Below are positions 39,201 to 45,808 of a DNA stretch of 64,000 nucleotides, piece after piece. Position 1 is the first letter of the stretch; each line of letters begins with the position of its first letter. This stretch comes from Verrucomicrobiia bacterium (GTDB lineage: Bacteria > Verrucomicrobiota > Verrucomicrobiia > Limisphaerales > UBA11358), in NCBI GenBank assembly GCA_035545995.1, contig DASZXH010000053.1, positions 188,521-252,520 on the forward strand, given 5' to 3'. The notes below the pieces were generated by a model that saw only the letters and a list, made by a program, of their open reading frames with translations, was not told the origin of the DNA and searched no databases. A program made the position numbers and the translations under genes.

Positions 39201-39896
39201 CCGCTCAGCAACTTTGTTACCGGGACCAACGTGGATTTGTTGACTAATGTCACCACACTGACTCTCAATATTTTTGATGGCAACTTCAGCACCGCTGCAA
39301 CCGCAGACATTGGATTCGCGAACATTGAATTCACCGGCGGCCAAGGTGTCGTGCCTGTTTTCTCGAATTTGAGCAGCAAGACCATTGCGACCGGCACTAC
39401 CAGTGTAATATTGACAGGCAAGGTGGGTTCCTGCGGAGCGGCTTATCTGCCGGTTAATACCCCTGTCACCGTGACCATCAATGGGAATACGCAAACCACC
39501 GCTATTTCTGATTCGACAGGAGATTTCAACATCAATTACAATACCACCGGCTTGGCGAACGGCACTTATCCGGTCACCTATTCATCTGCCGCCGACAACG
39601 TTGTCTTTGCTCCCGCAACTGACACGAGCACCACATTGACCGTAAGTAGTTCGGCGCCTCCAAACTCTCCAACTATCCTGCCGGTTTCTCGGGATGCCAC
39701 GGGCACAAACTTGGTAGTCAGAGTGGAGGCGACTCAAGTTGGACATAATTATTATCTGCTGTCCACAACCAGTCTGACTCCGCCGGTGATTTGGTCAACC
39801 AACAGCATCACCGCCGGAACCGGTGGAACCATCACCAATCTGGTGCCCATAAGTCTGTCTTCACCAGACGTGTTCTTCAAATATCTGGTGCAGTGA
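36225..39896 (+). CDS. 1223-aa modular secreted protein: 3 CBM-like modules, 3 INGNxQTT-type modules, 3 MBG-type repeats, C-terminal beta-sandwich module
   Basis: Signal peptide. CBM-like modules at about 36330-36861, 36879-37461 and 38831-39340. Repeats carry TVTINGNAQTTxISDSTGDFxINYNTTGLP and RAFDGTATA..LSV.NLV.GD.LTLSGS..LAS..VG.Q.ITDFSGLTLGG..A..YTLVGASG (MBG-like). No catalytic motif recognised. Confidence 0.8.
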   Translation: MKKIRNLMKTFCARHLFRVGLAGLFLAVSATVGYGQINYTFNSSNDTTNWLDASQSVTVTPSFIAGDAPPGQALSTGSLGWTGTFDNAGHTFGGLSVSFPATDLTGYGNLEFDVKIKGATDPNGQIQELQPILVQSGAGPDGSTWNQSSVTIALTTVSTNNGWQHIVIPLNTYTNGTLGSTVQLMLAVFDANFTSATSVQLAFDNIQVTGQAPTGLTYYVSIFNSANDITNWQFINNFDPTVSSSFVPGDAPTNGPSTGCMEMSALFNTTYFKYEMAYRFVDAGRLSPALTNYNALEFDLKVGTNGAGQLSPLDSNGYNCQEWDWELVVNDSYVNGGGGNIGAPLTNNLSNNGWSHFRVPASAFGYSSGYFGGMINGMNVTNMYQVNLYPHDPNFPSDTTVYYKITNIKFTGPGATPIYSGLNSRTITYGVNSVILTGTVSDGNGNYLPSNTVVSVTINGKTQSTNIYDSTGDFTINYNLAGLPPSSTPYTITYSNVTDNVTFSAGSDSSTTLTFNKVAVQLFGTRAFDGTATASASILSVVNLVPGDSLTLSGSATLASSAVGTQPITDFSGLTLGGASAAGYTLVGASGSVSITASGPVTPRFSGLTSHTITYGATSVALTGIVSTNGTYPPNGTLITVTINGNAQTTTISDSTGDFSINYNTTGLPAGTYTVNYQSAVATGFNAASDSSTTLTVNKRPVALTGTSVYNGTTSVPASALSVINLIGSDSLTLSGSVGLASGNVGVETVASSGALTLGGSAVANYTAVGASGSVTVTPATLTYVATPTSQNFGSANTNFTGTVTGFLGSDTLANATTGTLAFTSRITPTSLGIWGITGSGLSAVNYVFVQAAGNATALMITPCGPVVALTNWVGIFNSDADTAGWVTSAGAAIGYFYPDAPPSGPSTGCLIWEAAFGGGNPSFNGISTNLPHLNVRNYTTLEMDIKNEGVYDRFSQIQAIQVNLSFGSVTFKAPDIQLHSPANSDWVHYSIPLSNFVTGTNVDLLTNVTTLTLNIFDGNFSTAATADIGFANIEFTGGQGVVPVFSNLSSKTIATGTTSVILTGKVGSCGAAYLPVNTPVTVTINGNTQTTAISDSTGDFNINYNTTGLANGTYPVTYSSAADNVVFAPATDTSTTLTVSSSAPPNSPTILPVSRDATGTNLVVRVEATQVGHNYYLLSTTSLTPPVIWSTNSITAGTGGTITNLVPISLSSPDVFFKYLVQ

Positions 39897-39921
39897 CCGA
39901 TTGAACAACTTGCAGTTCATT

Positions 39922-39960
39922 GGAGGATGCTAATCTTTTAGCATCCTCCAAGTGTTTTAT
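39922..39960 (+). terminator. Terminator hairpin after the modular protein gene
   Basis: Perfect 12-bp stem ggaggatgctaa (39922-33) / ttagcatcctcc (39938-49), loop tctt, followed by aagtgtttt (weak T tract). Confidence 0.65.
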
Positions 39961-40498
39961 GCGGTGTGAAACAATAAAATCATTCACCCGGCGTTCGCTT
40001 GTCTTGATTGTCATGGGCGTTTCTGGAAGCGGCAAAACAACGGTGGCGACATTGTTTGCAAAAAAAACTGGTGCGACTCTTTATGAAGGGGACGAATTTC
40101 ATCCGCCTGAAAACGTCGAAAAGATGCGCCGCGGCGTGCCGTTGACCGATGATGACCGGGCAAAATGGTTGCAAACTTTAAGAGGTATTATAGTCCGTTC
40201 ACTTGACAAAGATGGGTTCACCGTCATGACCTGTTCGGCATTGAAAGCAGCCTACCGCGATTTACTTCAAGGCGGTGACCCACGTATTCAGTTCGTCCAC
40301 CTCACCGGACCACGGGCTATTATTGAAGAACGGCTAAAAAACCGGCGCGGTCATTTCATGCCGCCGACGTTGTTGGACAGCCAACTGGCAACACTGGAAC
40401 CGCCGTCGGACGCGTTGACTTTTAGTTGCGAAAAGGCCTCTTCCGAGGAAATCGCAACCGCGATGATTCAGACTTTGGGCGTTGGCCGAACAACTTGA
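39959..40498 (+). CDS. gntK: Gluconokinase
   Basis: P-loop GVSGSGKTT plus GDEFHPPENVEKMRRGVPLTDDDRAKWL, the GntK/IdnK signature. ATG 39959 chosen because the track start 39920 lies in the terminator hairpin. Confidence 0.85.
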   Translation: MRCETIKSFTRRSLVLIVMGVSGSGKTTVATLFAKKTGATLYEGDEFHPPENVEKMRRGVPLTDDDRAKWLQTLRGIIVRSLDKDGFTVMTCSALKAAYRDLLQGGDPRIQFVHLTGPRAIIEERLKNRRGHFMPPTLLDSQLATLEPPSDALTFSCEKASSEEIATAMIQTLGVGRTT

Positions 40499-40552
40499 AT
40501 TCGCCACGCAATCAGAAGAAAGACCAGTATTTAGATAGTCTTGACAAACTCA

Positions 40553-40620
40553 CCTATGCCAAGGGTGTGGAATTGTCCCATCCTAATGTTGGGTTGACAA
40601 GTTCGCGTTTTCGGCAAGGA
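40553..40620 (+). promoter_or_regulatory. Conserved upstream box, copy F (more divergent)
   Basis: CCTATGCCaagggtgtggaattgtcccatCCTAATGttgggtTGACAAGTTCGCGTtTTCGGCAAGga; ATG at 40687. Confidence 0.65.
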
Positions 40621-40686
40621 TTGCTTACAGAATAAAACTGTAAAACATATCATTCGTGTTCGTGAGCACTTTCTCCCCAAGAATTC

Positions 40687-43512
40687 ATGGCCATAATCAT
40701 ATTTAGTCTTCTGAGAAAACTGTTGGGCAAACGATGGTTACATTCCGGCTTAATATGTGTGCTTCTCACCGGAAGTGGGGAAGATAGTTATGGTCAGATA
40801 ACAAACTTGGCTAACATAACTATCAGTGTCAACACCGGCAATACTATACGGACCGCCGACACGCGTTGGTTCGGCATCAACGCGAGTGTCTATGATCCCG
40901 ATCTTAATATTCAGGATGGCATTCCCGAAATCAACAAAGCCGGTTGGCAGACTTTGCGCTTCCCGGGCGGTTCAATCGCCGACACATATCATTGGGCGCA
41001 AAACAATGTCAGTCGCAATAATACCTACGCCAACTTTGCCAAAGTTGCCACCAACATGGGAGCCACTGTCATCCTTACTGTCAATTATGGCAGCGGCACG
41101 GCCGCCGAAGCAGCGGCGTGGGTCGCAGACGCGAACGTGACGAATCATTACGGCTTCAAGTATTGGGAAGTGGGCAACGAAGAATATGGCACGTATGAAA
41201 CCGATAACCACGCTCGCCCGCATGACCCTTATACCTACGCGACGAACTTTGCGGCTTACATTCAACAAATGAAAGCCATTGATCCCACAATCAAAGTCGG
41301 TGTCGTTCTTGACTTGAACCCAACCGCCGACTCCAACGGCTACACCGACCATCCGGCCACCAATCTTGTTACTGGCCAGATATTTTATGGTTGGACCCCA
41401 GTCGTACTAAGCACATTGAGACAACTGGGCGTGACGCCCGATTTCGGCATTCACCATTGGTATCCTGAAAATTCGCCTACTCCAGAAAACGATCAAACGC
41501 TCCTTGCAGGGACGGGTAGCATAGTTGCCAACGCATCGACCCTACGCGGAGAGATCACCCAGTATTTCGGTTCGGGTGGCACGAACATTGAGTTGCTCGT
41601 CACCGAAAACAACAGTTATTCCGGCACACAAGGCAAGCAATCCGTTAGCTTGGTCAATGGTCTTTATTACGCCGACAATCTGGGGCAATTGATGAAGACG
41701 GAGTTCAATGCCTTGGTCTGGTGGGATTATACCGACTCGGGTCCGGGCACCAGCGGAAATCTAAGTTCGAGCCTCTATGGATGGCGGATGTATGGCGACT
41801 TCGGTGTAATGATGACTGGAGCCGCGGAGCCATTGACCAACCGTTATCCTCAATACTTCGCCGCCGAGTTGATGTCTCATTTTATTCGGGCTGGCGACAC
41901 GGTGTTGAATGCATCGAGCAGTAATCCGCTGGTTTCAGCTTATGCGGCGCAACGCACCAATGGTTCATTGACCTTGTTGGCCATTAACAAAAGTCTTGTG
42001 ACAAATTATCCGGTGAGTATATCACTGGCCAATTATACTCCTCTTGAGACAGCTACGCTTTACTCTTATGGTATGCCGCAAGACAACGCGGCTAAAGCGG
42101 GCAACAACTTGGGTTGCGACGTGGCGCAAACCAATATTTCTGGAGTCAGCACGAATTTCACTTACATCCTCGCGCCATATTCCATGACCATCTTCGCCTT
42201 CATGCCGGCAACTTCCTTCTTGGGGTTAAATAACCGAACTATCACTTATGGAACTTCCAGCGTGACGTTGACAGGCATACTGACCACCAACGGCACGTAT
42301 CCGCCCAGTGGAACTGTTGTCGCCGCGACCATCAACGGTAATGCACAAAACACTACCACTTATGACTCAACGGGAGATTTTACCCTCAACTACAACACCA
42401 CGGGATTGTCTGCAAGCGCCACGCCTTACACAGTCACCTACTTATCCGCCGCGAATGGCGGCTTTCCCGCCGAAACCAATGCAGCCACTACTTTGACAAT
42501 CAATCCGCTGCCGGTGGTCTTGACGGGAACTCGCTTTTATGATGAAACAGCGACCGCAACGGCGGCAATCCTATCGGTGTCGAACCTCGTAGGTAGCGAT
42601 GACGTGATATTGAGCGGCAGCGTGGGGTTGGCTGGTGTCGCCATAGGACCAGAGGCCATCACTGATTTCAGCGGACTGACTTTGAGCGGTGTGGCGGCGA
42701 CAAATTACACGTTGGTCGGAGCCAGTGGCACAGTGACAGTAGCAGCTTATCCCACGCCGCAATTCTCAGGTTTGATCAATCAGAGTATTGCTTACGGAAG
42801 TCCCAGCGTAATATTGACGGGCACGCTAGGGACTAATGGCGCTTATCCGCCCAGCGGCACTGTTATCACAGTGACTATCAATTTTTCGCCGCAAACTACC
42901 ACCATTTACGATTCAACGGGAGATTTTATCATCAATTACAATACTGTTGGCCTGCCGGCTTTTCCATTCAGTGTTGCTTATTCCTCCGTTGCGGGCGGTG
43001 GTTTCAGCGCTGCAACTAACGCGAACACCACCTTGACGGTCAATCCCGTGCCGGTGATTTTGACTGGCACACGCGCTTATGACGGAACGGCGACTGCGGC
43101 GGCGGCGATTCTTTCGGTGGCAAATCTTGTTGGAAATGACAATGTGACATTGACTGGCAACGTCGGATTGGCTGGTACTGGTGTGGGAACACAGGTTATC
43201 ACCGACTTTAGCGGGTTGACTTTGGCAGGAGCAGCGATGTGGGATTACACACTTATTGGGGCAAGCGGCACGGTGACAATAACGGCAGGCGGGATAACAT
43301 TAGGTGACATTAGCGTTGATGGCGCTCAATTCATTTTTAACTATCCAACTATTATTGGACAGACTTATCAGGTTGAATACTGTACTAATCTCAGTTCGGG
43401 TGTGTGGTTTCCTGTTGGCGACCCGGTGACTGGCACTGGCGCGCCGGTTTCGGTAACCAACAGTATTGATTCCTCGGCGCAGAAATTCTTCAGGCTATCA
43501 ATAACGCCCTGA
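40687..43512 (+). CDS. Secreted clan GH-A glycoside hydrolase (paralog of 31079..33340) + 2x(INGN module + MBG repeat) + C-terminal beta-sandwich module
   Basis: LRFPGGSIADTYHW, KYWEVGNE, LLVTENN. The repeats lie at about 42213-43290. C-terminus GAQFIFNYPTIIGQTYQVEYCTNLSSGVW..KFFRLSITP. Confidence 0.7.
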   Translation: MAIIIFSLLRKLLGKRWLHSGLICVLLTGSGEDSYGQITNLANITISVNTGNTIRTADTRWFGINASVYDPDLNIQDGIPEINKAGWQTLRFPGGSIADTYHWAQNNVSRNNTYANFAKVATNMGATVILTVNYGSGTAAEAAAWVADANVTNHYGFKYWEVGNEEYGTYETDNHARPHDPYTYATNFAAYIQQMKAIDPTIKVGVVLDLNPTADSNGYTDHPATNLVTGQIFYGWTPVVLSTLRQLGVTPDFGIHHWYPENSPTPENDQTLLAGTGSIVANASTLRGEITQYFGSGGTNIELLVTENNSYSGTQGKQSVSLVNGLYYADNLGQLMKTEFNALVWWDYTDSGPGTSGNLSSSLYGWRMYGDFGVMMTGAAEPLTNRYPQYFAAELMSHFIRAGDTVLNASSSNPLVSAYAAQRTNGSLTLLAINKSLVTNYPVSISLANYTPLETATLYSYGMPQDNAAKAGNNLGCDVAQTNISGVSTNFTYILAPYSMTIFAFMPATSFLGLNNRTITYGTSSVTLTGILTTNGTYPPSGTVVAATINGNAQNTTTYDSTGDFTLNYNTTGLSASATPYTVTYLSAANGGFPAETNAATTLTINPLPVVLTGTRFYDETATATAAILSVSNLVGSDDVILSGSVGLAGVAIGPEAITDFSGLTLSGVAATNYTLVGASGTVTVAAYPTPQFSGLINQSIAYGSPSVILTGTLGTNGAYPPSGTVITVTINFSPQTTTIYDSTGDFIINYNTVGLPAFPFSVAYSSVAGGGFSAATNANTTLTVNPVPVILTGTRAYDGTATAAAAILSVANLVGNDNVTLTGNVGLAGTGVGTQVITDFSGLTLAGAAMWDYTLIGASGTVTITAGGITLGDISVDGAQFIFNYPTIIGQTYQVEYCTNLSSGVWFPVGDPVTGTGAPVSVTNSIDSSAQKFFRLSITP

Positions 43513-43633
43513 ACTTCCTGCTTCTCATGAATTGCCATTAATCATATTGAATATATTAGATGGAGTTTGGACATTTTTTGGTTGGTTTGATTCGTTGCCC
43601 GCCGTCACGGTTAACGATACGGTTGCTTAAGTA

Positions 43634-43706
43634 CCTATGCTGAAGGCATAGTAAAATCCAACCTTAATGTTTTGATGACAAGTTTGAATATTTTACCTAG
43701 AGTTGA
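43634..43706 (+). promoter_or_regulatory. Conserved upstream box, copy G
   Basis: CCTATGCtgaagGCATAGtaaaatccaaCCTTAATGttttgaTGACAAGTTTGAATatTTTACCTAGag; ATG at 43765. Confidence 0.8.
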
Positions 43707-43764
43707 ATTCTGTTTGTGAGAAAGTGTAGTTCATAGTTCAAATCATCCAACAAAATTCATACCA

Positions 43765-45564
43765 ATGAAAACATTCAGGCATCTTCTAAAAACACCTCTA
43801 AAAAAGCGATGGCTTCGGGCTAGCCTGGCAGGTTTGATTCTGACTGTCGTCACCAAGGTCGGCTACGTCTGTGAAACCTCGGCTGGGACTAATGATGTTA
43901 TTCCGAGGAGTTTTTTCGGCCTGCATGGTATGGGCTATGGTTCCAATGGAAATCCAGTTCCATACCAGCCTTGGGGCTTAATAAGAACGTGGGACCATTG
44001 GGGGAATGGCAACATCAGTTGGGCGGGGCTTGAGCCGTCAAAGGGAACTTTTAACTGGACAGCAATGGATGCGACAGTGAATGCGGTCACAAATTTAAAT
44101 GTCGCCATTCTCCACTGTTTCGGCGCGGGGCCAAGTTGGGCGGGCGGCACTGCGCCAACCAACATCTTGGATTGGGATCTCTTCATTACCAACTTTGTAA
44201 CCCGTTACCATACGAAAATAAAATATCTGGAGACTTGGAATGAGGCCATGGCTGGAGAAGGCTTTTATACAGGAACCACTCCGATGCTTGTGCAGATGGA
44301 ACACGATCTTTATACGATAACGAAATCCATTGATCCGACCATCACGGTGCTGACGCCGGACGCAACCGGCGGCAAGGGGAACATGACGATATTTTACAGT
44401 CAGTATTTTGCTGCCGGAGGCACGAATTGCGATGCTGTCGCTTTTCACGGCTATTGCAGCGAGGCCGGCGTGGCTAATCAGATTTGTTATCCAGAAGAGA
44501 TCATAGGCATCGTCGGGAATCTGAAGGCCGCGATGAATGCTTATGGTCAAGGCTCGAAACCCATCTTTTGCACGGAAGGAGACTGGGGGTCTGAAGGGAG
44601 CGGTGCAAATCAGCCCACGACGAATGATGCTGTGGCTTTCTTGGCGCGGCACTACCTTCTCATGTGGTCGTTGGGAGTATCGAGCTATGCTTGGTATGAC
44701 TGGGAGAATAATAACGGGTATTGGCAATGGGGGGAGCTGTGGGACCCGACCTACGGCCTCGGTGCTGCGGGAATTGCGTACCAGCAATTATACTATTGGA
44801 TGGTGGGCGCCAAGATGAGCCAACCCGCTACGAACCAGGGTTCGGTTTACACCTGCGGCTTCACCCGGCCCGGCGGCTATCAAGCCTTGGCGGTCTGGAA
44901 TACCAACAGAACTTCCACTTCCTCGTTCACGGTTCCAAACGGCTACGTCCAGTACCGCGACCTTGTGGGCAACTTGTATAGCATAAGTGGAACAACGGTT
45001 ACCATCGGAATCGAGCCAATTCTGCTTGAAAATATGAACGAGCCCATATTCTCAGGTTTGACCAGCCACACCAATACTTATGGCGTTGCCAGCGTGACAC
45101 TGACGGGCTCAGTGAGCTCCTACGGCACCTATCCGCCCAAGGGCACCGCTGTCACCGTGACCATCAATGGAAATGCGCAGGGGACCACCACTTCTGATAC
45201 GAATGGGGATTTTAGCATCAATTACAACACCACCGGCCTGCCGGCCAGCCCTACGCCTTATACCGTTACCTATTCAAATGCCGCTGCCGGCAGCTTCCCA
45301 GCCGCAACCGATACGAGTAGCACTTTGACAATCAATCCGCTGCCAGTGGTCTTAAACGGACTCAGTGCCAACGGCACGCAGTTCATTTTCAGCTACCCGA
45401 CTATTGCGGGGCAGACCAACCAGCTTCAATATAGCACCAACCTCAGTTCAGGCGTGTGGTTGCCGGCGGGCGACCCGGTTGTGGGCACAGGCGTGCCAGT
45501 CTTGGTGACCAACAGCATCAATCCCTCAATGCAGATGTTCTTCAGGCTGTCCATAACGGAATAA
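43765..45564 (+). CDS. Secreted clan GH-A glycoside hydrolase (GH39/GH5-like) + INGN module + C-terminal beta-sandwich module
   Basis: IRTWDHWGNGNISWAGLEPSKGTFNW, YLETWNEA (acid/base candidate), IFCTEGDWG (nucleophile candidate). C-terminus GTQFIFSYPTIAGQTNQLQYSTNLSSGVW..MFFRLSITE. Confidence 0.6.
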   Translation: MKTFRHLLKTPLKKRWLRASLAGLILTVVTKVGYVCETSAGTNDVIPRSFFGLHGMGYGSNGNPVPYQPWGLIRTWDHWGNGNISWAGLEPSKGTFNWTAMDATVNAVTNLNVAILHCFGAGPSWAGGTAPTNILDWDLFITNFVTRYHTKIKYLETWNEAMAGEGFYTGTTPMLVQMEHDLYTITKSIDPTITVLTPDATGGKGNMTIFYSQYFAAGGTNCDAVAFHGYCSEAGVANQICYPEEIIGIVGNLKAAMNAYGQGSKPIFCTEGDWGSEGSGANQPTTNDAVAFLARHYLLMWSLGVSSYAWYDWENNNGYWQWGELWDPTYGLGAAGIAYQQLYYWMVGAKMSQPATNQGSVYTCGFTRPGGYQALAVWNTNRTSTSSFTVPNGYVQYRDLVGNLYSISGTTVTIGIEPILLENMNEPIFSGLTSHTNTYGVASVTLTGSVSSYGTYPPKGTAVTVTINGNAQGTTTSDTNGDFSINYNTTGLPASPTPYTVTYSNAAAGSFPAATDTSSTLTINPLPVVLNGLSANGTQFIFSYPTIAGQTNQLQYSTNLSSGVWLPAGDPVVGTGVPVLVTNSINPSMQMFFRLSITE

Positions 45565-45716
45565 ATTCGCCATGTGTCGCATAGGCGCTGATCAGCTTTG
45601 AGAAGGCGGTGGATTCAGATGGATAATCCTGACACGCGACTTGATTATCTCGCACGGGACGATGCAAATTTAGTGATTCCTCTTCTTTTTTCGTCAATTA
45701 CTGTGATTTAAGCGCA

Positions 45717-45785
45717 CCTATGCCAGGGGTATAGAATAATTCAACCCTAAAATCTTAATGACTGCTTTGGGTAGCTTATCTAAAG
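45717..45785 (+). promoter_or_regulatory. Conserved upstream box, copy H
   Basis: CCTATGCCaggGGTATAGaataattcaaCCCTAAAatcttaATGACTGCTTTGGGTagCTTATCTAAag. The track start 45758 falls inside this box. Confidence 0.7.
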
Positions 45786-45808
45786 TCACTGCTTCGACTG
45801 TGAAAAAT

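Noticed and set aside
36225-45564. Regularly spaced repeats that could suggest a CRISPR or other non-coding array
   Set aside because: The repeats are 240-300 nt long, lie in frame within long ORFs and encode conserved protein modules. There is no short direct-repeat/spacer structure.
45758-45808. Track start codon ATG 45758 for the GH31 gene
   Set aside because: This ATG is part of conserved box H (taATGACtgc aligns with the TGACAA core of the other copies). A downstream start at ATG 45809 or GTG 45929 is more plausible.
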